Source of the DNA: an uncultured Gemmatimonadales bacterium
GTDB lineage: Bacteria > Gemmatimonadota > Gemmatimonadetes > Gemmatimonadales > GWC2-71-9
Direction of reading: 5' to 3'
Length of the DNA: 64,000 bases
NCBI GenBank assembly: GCA_963821525.1
Contig: CAWGED010000019.1
Span: forward strand, 736,001-800,000
A program made the position numbers and the translations under genes. The notes under the pieces were generated by a model. That model saw only the letters and a program-made list of their open reading frames with translations. It ran no database searches and was not told where the DNA came from. Positions 30,908-41,927 of the stretch are shown piece after piece (the stretch's first letter is position 1; every line of letters begins with the position of its first letter).

Positions 30908-32253
30908 CTGTTGCCGTTCCCGTCTGACAATTCGATAGACCGGATAGCTGGCAATCAGCAGTCCAAGGGAAATCAGACTGTTTCTCCGATCGGTAAGCAC
31001 GTTGCCCACCAGGAAGGCCAGCGATCCCAATACCAGAAACCATGTCACCCAGGGATAGCCGATGGCGTGATAGGGACGCGGCAGTTCGGGTTCCCGCTTC
31101 CGCAGCACGATGACCGAAAGGAATGATGCCGTGTATTGCACCACGTAAAAGAACGCCGCCAGAGCGAGAATCTGGTTGAAGGTTCCGCTCACGATCAGCG
31201 CGATGGTGGCGAGGGTTGTAACTCAGCAGCGCCGGCACCGGCGTTCCACCGGGGTTGACGTTGCTCATGCCTCGGGCGATCAGCCCATCCCGGCTCAGCC
31301 CGTATGGCAGACGGGAGCCGATCAGGAGAATCGCGTTCGCCGCGCTGAACAGCGAAAGCAGGATCACCACCCGAACCACCGTGTCTCCCTTCGGCCCGAA
31401 GATCGCCTTGGCCGCCGCCGCTGCGACCAGGGTCTCTCCCGACATGGTGGACAGTGGCAACACCCGCATGAAGGCCACGTTGAGCAGCAGGTAGATCGCG
31501 ATTACCGCCAGGACACCGCCGGCCATCGAGCGCGGAATGTCGCGGCCCGGATTCTTTACTTCCCCGCTGAAATACAGCAATCCATTCCAACCGTCGTAGG
31601 TGTAGATGACTCCCTGACAGGCCAGAACGAGCGCGGTGAACGTTGGAATCCAGGAGGGTCCCGGGCCGCTCACAGCCGAGCTGACGGGATTTTCGGGGAC
31701 GAACACGAGGCAGACACCGGCCAGCCCGACCAGAACCAGCGTCTTGAGCAGACTGGTGGTTTGCTGAGTGAGGTCGCCGGCCCGTATTCCTTTCACGTTG
31801 ATGGCGGTAAGCAGCAACATCATCAGGACCGCGATTGCCACGGAATGGCCGTGCAGCACGGGAAAGAGGACGTCGCTGTAGTCGCCGATCGTGACGCTGA
31901 TCAGGGCATTGGCGGCACAGCTCGAGAGCCAGTCGCTCCAACCGATCGCGAAGCCCGCGTAGTCACCGAACGCGCGCCGGGCGTAGACATACTGCCCGCC
32001 GGACACAGGCAACATGGCGCCGAGTTCGGCCAGGGTGAGGGCGCCGAGCAGCGCGTAGATCCCCCCGACGACCCAGACACCGAGGAACCAGAGGGGACTG
32101 GGCAGCTGTTTGGCGACATCGCCGGGGGTCCGCAGGATGCCGACACCGATCGTGTTCCCGACGATGACGGCGAGCCCGAAGGCAACGCCCAGGATTTGAA
32201 GTAGGTGGCCCCGCGAGGCGGGGGGCGGCGGCTTGCTCGGAAGGAGAACTCAA
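30896..32253 (-). CDS. APC family amino acid permease (frameshifted)
   Basis: GNTIGVGI..P, AELGAMLP.SGGQY.Y, YDGW, EVKNP.R.IP, RPY...GYP. Confidence 0.88.
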
Positions 32254-32255
32254 CC

Positions 32256-33227
32256 CTAGGACTCGGCCCGGAGCTTCCGGATCTCTTCGGTGAGGCGGGG
32301 AACCACTTCGAAGAGGTCGCCGACGATGCCGTAGTCGGCCACCTTGAAGATCGGGGCGTCCTTGTCCCGGTTGATGGCGACGATCGTCTTGGCGGTGCGC
32401 ATTCCAGCGAGGTGCTGGATCGCGCCGGAGATTCCGACCGCGAAATAGAGCGACGGGCTCACCGTCTTCCCGGTCTGCCCGACCTGGTCTCCGTGCTCGC
32501 GCCATCCCGCGTCCACTACGGCGCGGCTGGCGCCGACTGCGGCAGTGCCCAGAGCGGCGGCCAGTTCCTCGAGCAGCTTGAAGTTCGAGGGATCCTTGAG
32601 GCCGCGTCCGCCCGAGACGACGATTGGCGCCTCGGTGACATCGAGGGTTGCCTGTGCCGGGGCCTTGATCTCCTTCACCGTCACCCGCGCCGTGAATGCC
32701 GGAACGTCGAACTTCACCGCCGCACCGGCCTTGCCCGATTCGGCTGGCGGAACGGTGTTGGGACGGAGTGAAACGATTGCCGGAGTTCCCTCCAGCCGGG
32801 CCCGTTGCAGCGCCTTGCCGGCATAGACCGGCCGGGTCACCAGCACCTTGCCGCCCTCTGCTCCGATGCCAACCACGTCGGTGGCGCAGCCCACGCCGAG
32901 TCGCGCGGCGACTCGAGGAGCGAGGTCGCGGCCGGTTGCGCTGGCGGCGAGGAGGACAGCGACATGGCCTGCGGCGGCGGCGGCCACGGTCGCGGCGAAT
33001 CCGTCGGGCTGGTAGAGACGGAAGTCAGGGTGGGTCGCGAGGAGGACCCGGTCGGCGCCCCATTTGCCAAGCTCATCAGTGCCGGTCACGGCGCCGTCGC
33101 TCAGCACGATGGCGTCAACTGTCGCACCCAGCAGATCCGCGAGTTGGCGCGCGGCGGTAACGACTTCGAACGAGACCTTGCGAAGGACTCCGGTGCGATT
33201 CTCGGTTACAGCGAGGACGGTCGGCAT
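32256..33227 (-). CDS. etfA: Electron transfer flavoprotein alpha subunit
   Basis: [35 protein letters not shown]. Confidence 0.96.
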   Translation of the reverse strand: MPTVLAVTENRTGVLRKVSFEVVTAARQLADLLGATVDAIVLSDGAVTGTDELGKWGADRVLLATHPDFRLYQPDGFAATVAAAAAGHVAVLLAASATGRDLAPRVAARLGVGCATDVVGIGAEGGKVLVTRPVYAGKALQRARLEGTPAIVSLRPNTVPPAESGKAGAAVKFDVPAFTARVTVKEIKAPAQATLDVTEAPIVVSGGRGLKDPSNFKLLEELAAALGTAAVGASRAVVDAGWREHGDQVGQTGKTVSPSLYFAVGISGAIQHLAGMRTAKTIVAINRDKDAPIFKVADYGIVGDLFEVVPRLTEEIRKLRAES

Positions 33228-33228
33228 G

Positions 33229-33978
33229 TCAGATCACCTTCGCTTCCGAGCGCAGCAACCGGACCAGCTCAACGACGGCATCGGGACCTTCGCCAACGAT
33301 CCTCCCGGCCGGCCGCTCGGGCGGAAGCTGGAGTGACTGGACCGTCAGGGAACCCGATCCCAGCGATACCGGCTTCACCTCCAGCGGCTTCTTCTTCGCC
33401 GCCATGATGCCCTTGAGCGCGGGCAGCCGCGGCGTATTCAGTCCCTTGTCGCAGGTGAGCACCGCCGGAAGCGAGCAAGTGGAAACCTCGATTCCCCCTT
33501 CGATTTCCCGCTCCGCTTCCACCGCGCCGCCGGACACCTTGAGATGCGCCACCGCCGTGATGCACGGCAGGCCCATCAGCTCCGCCGTCATCACTCCGAC
33601 CTGATGGTTGTAGTCGTCCACCGCCATCTTGCCGAACAGAATGAGATCGAAGCCTCCGGCCTTCAGCTCGGTCGCGAGGGCCTTCGCCACCTCGAGCCCA
33701 TCCGCCGAGCCGGGAGATTGAAGCAGCACACCACGATCGATTCCCATCGCCAGGGCGGTACGAATGGTTTCCTGCGCGGCATCGCCGCCCAGGCTCACCA
33801 CGACCGTCTCGCCGGAGCCGGCGGTCTCTTTGAGTTTGATCGCCTCTTCGAGGGCGAACTCGTCGTAGGGATTGGGAATGAACTTGACGCCGCCTTCTTC
33901 GATGGATTTCCCATCGGCGGCAATCGAGATCTTGGTCGTAGTGTCGGGGACGCGCTTCAGGCAGACTGCGATCTTCAC
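33229..33978 (-). CDS. etfB: Electron transfer flavoprotein beta subunit
   Basis: CLKRVPD, NPYDEFALEEA, ALAMG.D, IMAAKKK. Confidence 0.96.
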   Translation of the reverse strand: MKIAVCLKRVPDTTTKISIAADGKSIEEGGVKFIPNPYDEFALEEAIKLKETAGSGETVVVSLGGDAAQETIRTALAMGIDRGVLLQSPGSADGLEVAKALATELKAGGFDLILFGKMAVDDYNHQVGVMTAELMGLPCITAVAHLKVSGGAVEAEREIEGGIEVSTCSLPAVLTCDKGLNTPRLPALKGIMAAKKKPLEVKPVSLGSGSLTVQSLQLPPERPAGRIVGEGPDAVVELVRLLRSEAKVI

Positions 33979-34065
33979 TCACCCACCTCGGGAAGACTGG
34001 TCGGGGTCCGGCTCGGCCGGGGCGGAAGGTAGCGAAGGGGGCGGCTGGTCGCTACCTCCCTCAGG

Positions 34066-34576
34066 CCCTCACCCCTGTCCCCTCTCCCGCGACGCGGGAG
34101 AGGGGAACGCATTCTATTGGTACCTTACTGCCGTCCTATGGTCACTCGGCCGTCGACAGATTCCCGATCTTCCCGAATGGCCAGACGTCGAGGAGTCACC
34201 CTCTGGAAACGAGACCGCGCGAGAACCTTCAGGAAGTGCCCCACAGCGTCTGAAGCGCGCGCGTGGGACATCCTGCGTGACCGCCGAGTGCTCGGACTCA
34301 AGTTCCGGAGGCAGCATGTGATTGACGGGTACGTGGTTGATTTCTTCTGCGTCGAGCATCGATTGGTTCTGGAAATCGACGGCGAGCATACATCTCGATC
34401 CGGTTCAACGGGACCGGGACGCGGAGCGTTCTTCACACCTGCGAGATCGAGGATGCCACATTCTGCGGATTCAAAACAGTGACGTCAGCAAACCAGGTAC
34501 TTAGAGCAGGCACTGAGACAGTTTCCTTGACACGGGGCGCCCCTCTCCCGGTCGCGGGAGAGGGGCCAGGGGTGAG
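34066..34576. mobile_element. Putative DUF559 endonuclease cassette bounded by palindromic inverted repeats
   Basis: About 38-bp inverted repeats at 34066-34106 and 34540-34576, each with a CCCCTCTCCCG/CGGGAGAGGGG hairpin. Confidence 0.6.
34177..34504 (+). CDS. DUF559 (Vsr-like) endonuclease domain protein (frameshift near 34385)
   Basis: T.SE..AW..LR.RR..GLKFRRQH.I.GY.VDF.C...LVLEIDG..H...RD..R...L...G..ILR..N. Confidence 0.88.
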
Positions 34577-34580
34577 TGGT

Positions 34581-36737
34581 TCACCCCCCGAATTCCCGCT
34601 TCAGGATCACCTTGATCGAGCGGGCATTGAGCGGGGTAAGGAACCGCTCCAGCTCACCGGTGTTCCGGTTCTCGTTGAAGGTTCCGAAGATGGCGCTGTG
34701 CGAATTGAAGAGCGTTCGTGAGCACCGCGTTTACCTCCCATTGGCCCAGCGTGATGCCGGCCCGGACATTGGCGGTGGCGTAGTCATCCAGCTCGCTCAG
34801 TCTCATTGCCCTCATCGCCCCGCAGCCATTGATGTCCGGTGTACCGGCCATCCACGCCGATATCGAAGGTGCGGTTCAATTGCCACGAGAGGCCAACCTT
34901 GATCTGCTGACCGGTACGAGGGGGAGCCGGTCTCCCGGCTGAACAGTGTTAGGCCCGGCCAATGGTGAGCCGGCGAACGCCGCATCGGATCGCACGCTGA
35001 AGATCGCCGCGGCGGTGCGATACGTAGCACTGGTCCAGGCATAATTGGCATAGAGCTGCAGCGAGCTCGTGGGGAAGAACTGGGTTCCGATCTCGACGCC
35101 TTCGCGACGGGTATCGCCGATATTGGCGAAATACCCCTCGAACACCGCCGTAGACGACTGGATGAAAGAGATGTCGTCCCGCACGTCGGTACGGTACACC
35201 GAAGCGGTAATTGATGCCTTCGTCCCGAGGTAACCGCCGCCCAGCTCGTAGGTGGTTCCCACGACGGGATCGAGCGGCGGGTCGTCACCCAAAGCAAACG
35301 GAAGCGGACAGGCGGCAGTGGGATCGGCGCAGGCCAGCTCCAGAACTGCCGGCGCGCGGAAGCTCTGGCCGATCGAACCGTAGGTGGAGAAGCCGCGGCC
35401 CAGATCCAGGCTCACTCCGCCGCGGGGGCTGAGCCGGTTGAAACTACTGCTGGTGTCGGCCGAGGGATCGAGCTGGTCTTCGAACGGAATCCTGATGTAG
35501 TCGTAGCGGAAGCCTCCCGAGAACGTCGCCCGACCGGTGCGGTAGTCCGCCAGGGCGTAGCCCGCGACGTCCCAGCTCGGACTCTTCACGTCGGTGGTCA
35601 GGGTCTTGTCCGACGAGTTGATGGGATCTTCCTCGAACAGTTTGACGTGAACCCGGTTGACGGCCGCATCCGATCCGATCCGGAGCGAGATCGCGTATTC
35701 CCCACAGGCCAGGCCCGACGCCAATCCAGATTCAAGCCGACTGTGCCATTGGTCGTCAGCGACCGAACATTGTCGTCCGGCGCCTGATTGACGTTGAAGC
35801 GTTCGGCGGTGCTTCGCCGGCCATAAGCACCGAAGTTCAACCGACCGGAGCCGAGTGGCGCATATCCCGAAGTCGCCAGCTGCAGGAGATCCAGATCTTC
35901 GAAGTCGCCGATAGTGAAATTGGCGGAGGGATCGGTGTCGAACAGCGATTCGGGAAGCGATCCAGCAGTCTCCGCGCGAGAATGGGCCCCAAATCCCTGG
36001 AGCGTTATGCCCCGAACCGCGTTGCGCTTCCCCAGATTCACGAATCCGTTGTAATTCTCGGCGCTCGTGGCCTCACGCCAGCCATCATCATTCTCGTAGC
36101 CTCCAGCCACGTAGTAGTCCAAGCCTCCCTTGCTGAGTCCGGCAAGCGACCCCTCCCCCGACCAGTTGCCGTAGGACCCTCCCGACGCCTCGAGCTCGCC
36201 CTCGAGCGGACCGGTGCCTCGCCTCGTAATCAGGTTGATGGCGCCGCCGAGTGAATTGGCTCCGAGGAGACTCCCCGATCCGCTCAGCAACTCGAGTCGC
36301 CGCACGTGTTCCATCGGCAAAAGGTCGAAATTGACCTCCTGAGCATCGGGTTCGTTCTGCCGCACACCGTCGAGAAAGACCGACACACCCGGAGGCAGGC
36401 CGACGACAGGACCCACGTTGAAGCCGCGGGTGCTGAGATTGAGCTTGAAGGGGGAGCCGAGGTCGTCGTAGAGCGAAATGCCGGGCTGGGTCACCAATGC
36501 GTCCGCCAGAAGCCGCGGCTCCCACTTGTCGATCTCCTCCCCGGTTACCACCGAGATTCGTGCCGGCACCCCGGACCCGATCGTGGCCCCCGCAGTCGGC
36601 GCGATGGAACCGACGACCTCGATTTCCTGGAGCTGAATGGCGGAACTGTCGGTCTTCGCGCTGTCGGGTTGCTGGGCGTGGAGCGAGACCGCGGCACCCA
36701 GCAGGATGATGCCGGTGGCGAAGAGCAGAGATCGCAT
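34581..36737 (-). CDS. TonB-dependent receptor (several frameshifts)
   Basis: Signal peptide; TonB-box-like EIEVVG; plug motifs VFLDGV and LGGAINLITR; FRAP; TYELG. Confidence 0.88.
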
Positions 36738-36766
36738 GTCGGGTCGGTGAGAGAATGAGGAGAGTG

Positions 36767-37353
36767 ATTACCTGAGTGACCTTGTCGCCGGCAGCCGGCA
36801 GCCGCTCGTAGATCGCCGCCATGGCGATTCGGTCGGGCGGCAGGGCCATGATGACGACGGCGTCGTCGGCCGGTCCGCCGCCATCATAGTCCCGACAACA
36901 GAGCTCAAAGGTTCTCATGCCGGCGGTAAACGGTTGCTGCAAGGAGGGCCGTCCGCTCCGATCGAAGCGGAGCACGTCACCGGCGCTATAGCTCCGGCTC
37001 CCGTCCAGGTCTTCGTAGATCGCAAGCCTCTGAACATCGGATCCCCGCCGGGACATGACGAGCATCCCGTCGTCACGGTCTCCACCGCCGTCGAAGTCTT
37101 CACAGCAGCGATCCACGGTTCGAACCTGGGCCAGCCCGAACTCCGATTGCACGAGATAGAGAACGGCCCCCAACAACAACAGCATCAGCCCGAGCCAGAC
37201 CAGCTTGCTCGTGACGGGCGTCGGATTGGGTGTTGGACGATCACCCCGGGTCCAGCGGCCTGCCACCTCGCCTTCCAGCGAGGCCCGAGGGCGGAACTGA
37301 ATTTGCCCGAGGAGCGCATCGAGATCGCGCGGATCAGCAAGCCGGGCGATCAC
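36767..37353 (-). CDS. Probable anti-sigma factor with acidic periplasmic repeats (3' end uncertain)
   Basis: GTGA overlap with the ECF stop codon; single TM; two CCxDxDGGGxxDD repeats. Confidence 0.6.
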
Positions 37354-37904
37354 GGTGTGTCGTCCTCGAGCAGAACGCGCAAGCGGCCAAGCGCGCGCCA
37401 AAGCCGGGTCCGCACTGCCGACTCGCGAACCCCAAGAATCTGTGCCACAGTCGAAGTATCCATTCCGCTCCCGTAGCGGAGTCCGATGATCTCCCGGTCC
37501 CGCTCGCCCAGTTCGGCCACGGCGGAGAGCAACCGGCTCACTTCCTCCTCCCACAACAGCCGCTCTTCGGCGGTGGGAGCGTCGGCCACCAGATCTCGCA
37601 TGGCGCCGAGGGAAGTGTGTCGCCGTACCCGCGACCGGCGGTGATGGTCCCGGAGCGTGTTCTGCGCGATGCGGAAGATCCAGACCCGGGCCTCGCCCCG
37701 GTCGGGATCGAAGCGCTCTTCCGCGGCGAGCACCTTGAGAAAGGTTTCCGCGGTGATGTCGTCAGCCTCGTCCGCGCTTGCCACATGGAACCGCACGTAG
37801 GAATACACCGCGTGGCCGTACGCCTCGTACCAGGCGTGGGCCCGCGACTGTTTACCGGCCGGCGCGGCCGCAGGAGAGCTGGATTGGATACGCGAATCAG
37901 GCAT
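37350..37904 (-). CDS. ECF sigma-70 factor
   Basis: ADDITAETF, WIFRIAQN, REIIGLRY, AQILGV.ESAVRTRL.RA. Confidence 0.92.
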   Translation of the reverse strand: MPDSRIQSSSPAAAPAGKQSRAHAWYEAYGHAVYSYVRFHVASADEADDITAETFLKVLAAEERFDPDRGEARVWIFRIAQNTLRDHHRRSRVRRHTSLGAMRDLVADAPTAEERLLWEEEVSRLLSAVAELGERDREIIGLRYGSGMDTSTVAQILGVRESAVRTRLWRALGRLRVLLEDDTP

Positions 37905-37915
37905 TCAATGAGTAG

Positions 37916-37939
37916 TACGCGAGGGGTGAAAAAATGTCA
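37916..37939 (-). promoter_or_regulatory. Candidate ECF-type promoter TGACA-N15-CGTA
   Basis: Lies 11 nt upstream of the ECF ATG; no SD sequence. Confidence 0.35.
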
Positions 37940-37950
37940 CTGAAGAAGGG

Positions 37951-37986
37951 AAAAGAAAGGGGCGGGCATCCCTGATGCCCGCCCCT
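37951..37986 (-). terminator. Intrinsic terminator
   Basis: 13-bp perfect stem AGGGGCGGGCATC/GATGCCCGCCCCT plus a T-rich tail on the minus strand. Confidence 0.8.
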
Positions 37987-38006
37987 CCCTTCATCAGACA
38001 GCGAGA

Positions 38007-38621
38007 CTAGTGGGTCCGGCAGCAGCCCCACGCGGTGCAGGTGGCCCAACCGGTCCCTTTGTCCGCCAGTAGCGCGAACGGGGTGCCACCGCCGGGCAGG
38101 ACATCGAAGCGCCATTGGGCGATGGACTGGGTCCAGGCCAGGTTCGGTTCCATGGCCGTGGCCGCCTTGGCTGTTGAGTCGTGCCAGTCGATATCGATGG
38201 CGTAGCTGGTGTCGAACGATTCCGAGACGAAGCGTCCGATATAGACGCCGTTCTGTTGAGAAACGGTCCAGTAGGACACGGTATCCTTCTCCGTCAGCCC
38301 CAGGCGACGCACTTCGCCACCGCCGCTCTTGAGGAACCGGGCCACGATCCGTCCGGCCGCGAGCTCCTGCCGGGTCAGCTTGTAGCCGTTCGCTTCCGGT
38401 TCGATGATGACATCCACCTTGTCATCGATCAACGCACGGTCGGCCGCGCCAAGCCGGCTCCAGAACTGCTGGTTCTGCGCGTAACTGAGCAGTTGCTGCT
38501 GATCCGCCGGCGCAGGGGCAACCTGCCCGCCCGACGTCGCGGTCGGTTGATTGCTGCACGCGCTCATTAGACCGATCGCCACAACCACGCGTGCAACACG
38601 ATTAGCCCAAACAGGACACAT
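38007..38621 (-). CDS. Hypothetical lipoprotein with Cys-rich C-terminus
   Basis: Lipobox MSAC; ends WATCTAWGCCRTH. Confidence 0.7.
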   Translation of the reverse strand: MCPVWANRVARVVVAIGLMSACSNQPTATSGGQVAPAPADQQQLLSYAQNQQFWSRLGAADRALIDDKVDVIIEPEANGYKLTRQELAAGRIVARFLKSGGGEVRRLGLTEKDTVSYWTVSQQNGVYIGRFVSESFDTSYAIDIDWHDSTAKAATAMEPNLAWTQSIAQWRFDVLPGGGTPFALLADKGTGWATCTAWGCCRTH

Positions 38622-38649
38622 GCGGTGACCTCACTCTAGAGGAAATTGG

Positions 38650-41600
38650 TCAGCGGCCTGCTGCCAAGTCGCGGAGGCGGGATACCTGGCTGGCAAGAGC
38701 GGGTTCGGCACCGCTCCAGAGCGCCAGGGCCTGCGTCGCTCTGGCACGCGCCACCGTACTGTCTCCGGCGTGGGCCGCGAGCTCGGCTCGCAACGCCAGC
38801 ACCTGAGGCAACGCAGCTGCCTGGGGGATGGAACCTTGCGGCACGTCGCCCAGCAAGGCAACGCCGAGGGTCGGCAGTGCGTCGAGCACCTGATCGAGCT
38901 GGCTGGTGGCGGCGGCGGTGTCTCCGATGGATAGTCTGACCCGAGCCTCGCCGAGTGTCGCGTCCAGAGCGACATCCCCGGGAGTTCCGCTGCGCCGCAG
39001 CCTGGCGACCTCGTCCATCTGCCGTCGCACGCCCGCCTTGTCTCCCTGCATCGCCATCCATTGCAGACGGAGGAGCGGATCCGCGACCGGCGCGGCCCGA
39101 TGACTGGAGGTGGCTCCCACCGCATTGTATTCGAGGCTGTGCACTTGGTGGAGCAACACATCGTTGACTTCGGCCTGGCGGTCGGGCGCGATGTAGCTCT
39201 TCACCTGTCCCTGCATTCTTCCTTCCAGGCCTGTCAGGCTGTCTTCAGGAGCGCCGACCGACGCGTAGGCCAGCAGCTCGAGCCAGGTCTCTCTCAGGGC
39301 GGGCGTGACCGCGATCGGCGTACCATCCGGGGACTGAGCTTCGACGGTGCTCGCACCCCGTCCCAGCAGCGATGCGGCCTGGCTTGGGCGTCCGGTCAGA
39401 ACGGCGGCACCGGCCAGCGCCACCGCGGAGGTGGGACTGGCGCGCGATACGTCGGCGAGGAGGCTGTCGGCGAGAGCCCGGGCAGCCTCAAAGCGGCCGA
39501 GCTTGAGCAGCACCCGCAATTGGCCGAGCTCCAACCGGGTGCGTTGATCCGCGTCCGCGGCCGACAGAACGCCCGTCCCGATAAAGCAGCAGTGCCGAGC
39601 GCACAGGAGGACGGTCGTCCCGCAACTCCCCGAGGCTCTCGAGCGCCCGCGCATGTGCTTCGATGGCGTCGGGATTGGTGGGGAACGCGGCGAGCCAGGC
39701 CTCGGTGATCGAACGCAGCTGGTCCCGATTCCGCACCACCGCCGCGGCGGTCGAAGTGGGGAACGCCTCCGGTTTCATAGTGACCACGTCCCCGATGGGA
39801 TAGGGGACAAAAGCCAGCGTGTCTCCCGCGAGCGAAGGGAACGCACCGAAGCGCAGCGTGTCCCGCTCGACCGCAAAACCGGTCCGGAAGGTGTTGTTCT
39901 CGGTGAAGAACACCACGCTCAGTCGCTCGAAGGCCACTCCCTTGAAAGCGCGATAGGACGACGGGAGCATGGTGAGCGCGCGAGAGTAGGCGTTGATCGC
40001 GCCCTGGTAACTGGAGCGGAAACTCCATCCCGAGGGACTCTTCGCGTCCCGGATTACAGTGGGATCGTTCGCCTGACAATCGCCGAGGCCGAACCAGGCC
40101 TTGAAGTCCAGCGTGTCGCGCGCGACCATCGCCTGGTACTTCTCACACGACTCGGCGAAGCGCCCTTCGGCGAACGCGACCATCGCCTGACCCCAGGCCC
40201 GATCGGGCGGCCCGAGCCGGTCGGAAATTCCCAGCGCGCCCAGCAGCAGGGGACGCCAGTCCTCCACCGGCTTGCCGGACCAGGAGAGCACCTGGGCCAG
40301 CCACAACTCGGCCAAGGCGTAGTGCGCGTCGAGCCCGAGGGCAGCGCGGAAGCCCTGCTCGGCGCCGGGGAGATCCCATCCGGCGAGTGCCAGATGTCCC
40401 GCGTCGAAGGCTCTCCAGGCGGCAACCGAACGGGTACCCATCGCCCCGCCGGAGGCGCCCTGAACCCGAGGCGCTTCAATCAACAGGGAATCGGCCAGGA
40501 GGTTGAATCGGGTTTCGGCATCGCTCAGGTCTCCGGCGATCTGGGTCTGCCGTTCCCGGATGACGGCGCCATTGCCGCTCACGTCGTAGAGCGCGGCCCG
40601 AACGTGGATCGTATCGCGGAAGCTCCAGACCTCGCCGGTGAGGAGCCGGCCGGCGCCGCGCTCCCGTGCGAGAGCCAGGCCATCAGACAGCGACAGCGGA
40701 CCCGGTTGTCTCCGCCTCCGGTCGGCTACCCAGAGCGGATCGACGATTCGCAGGTCTTCCCAACGGTTCAGCGCCGCGTGGAGAAGGGTTTCGCATTGGT
40801 CGCCGGTGAGCAGCTGCGGCGCGGCATCGCTCCGGTGGCTGAACGGAATGACGAGGTAGAGCCCATCGTCCAGCGCGGGGCCCGGAGTCGGCCGCGGCCG
40901 GGTGAGAATCAATCCCGCGACGACCAGGGCCAGGACAACGACGATCGCCGTGAGCAGCTTGCGCGTAGCGGGACGGGATGCCTCCCGGCTGGGCTGGATC
41001 GCGGCGAGTGCATCGGAGAACTGACCCGCCGTCGAGTAGCGATCCGCCGGGAGCTTGGCCAGCGCTTTGAAGACAATCTCCTCCAGGCCCGGAGGAAGCG
41101 ATGGCCGCTTCGTCGCGAGCCGCGGCGGCGGATCAACCAGATGTCCGGCGGTAACTCCGAGCGACGGACCGATGAAAGGTGGCTGACCGGCCAGCATCTC
41201 ATAGAGCACGCAGCCGAGGCTGTAGATATCGCTCCGGCCATCGAGGCGCGCATGCCCGGTAACCTGCTCCGGGCTCATGTAATCCGGCGTGCCTTGGGCT
41301 TCACCCGGCAACGCCCGATCGGCCCAGCCAACGGCACTGATGGCGCGCGCGATACCGAAGTCGGCCACTACGGCGTGGGCACCCTGGAACAGGATGTTTT
41401 CGGGCTTGATGTCTCGATGGACGACGTCGTGACTGTGAGCATACGTGAGTGCCTCAGCCACTTCGCGGGTGATACGGATCGCTTCGTCTACCGGTAGGGC
41501 ACCCTCGCGTCTGAGCCGGGCGCCCAGATTCTCCCCGGGCACATAGGGCATGACATAGTACAGGATGCCGTCGGCTTCACCGGAGTCGTGCAACGGAAGA

Positions 41601-41824
41601 ATGCTGGGATGGGACAACCGGGCGGCGATCTGAATCTCGTGCAGGAACTGCTCGGCCTGCTCCCCTTCCGCCAGATCGCCACGGAAGACTTTGACCGCCA
41701 CCAGCCGGTCATGGCGCAGGTCGCGCGCAAGATAGACGGTCGCCATACCGCCGCGACCAATCTCCCGCTCGATGACGTAGCGGTCTGAAAGCAGTTTTGG
41801 TGGTTGGGAAACGACTTCGCCCAG
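38650..41824 (-). CDS. Membrane Ser/Thr kinase with TPR-like C-terminal region (frameshift near 39600; start uncertain)
   Basis: RYVIEREIGRGGMA, HRDIKPEN, DFG, YMSPE; one TM; helical repeats. Confidence 0.85.
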
Positions 41825-41927
41825 GAGTCCCTCGCCCGAACTTACTGAAGAACGATAGTCTCGGCGGCCCGAAATGAGCCAGCAGAACGGAAATTAGCCG
41901 GATAGAAATCGGACGGGGACAATCGGC

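Noticed and set aside
34027..34057. GTAG-containing hairpin as a REP element
   Set aside because: Single copy in the window and no RAYT gene
36088..37554. 488-aa anti-sigma/receptor fusion ORF
   Set aside because: The part overlapping the TonB receptor is out of frame and low-complexity; the receptor has its own ATG and signal peptide
39653..41497. Long antisense or alternative-frame ORFs (also 49319-51316, 26072-27460, 2751-4127)
   Set aside because: Shadow ORFs typical of high-GC DNA, overlapping well-supported genes and lacking motifs
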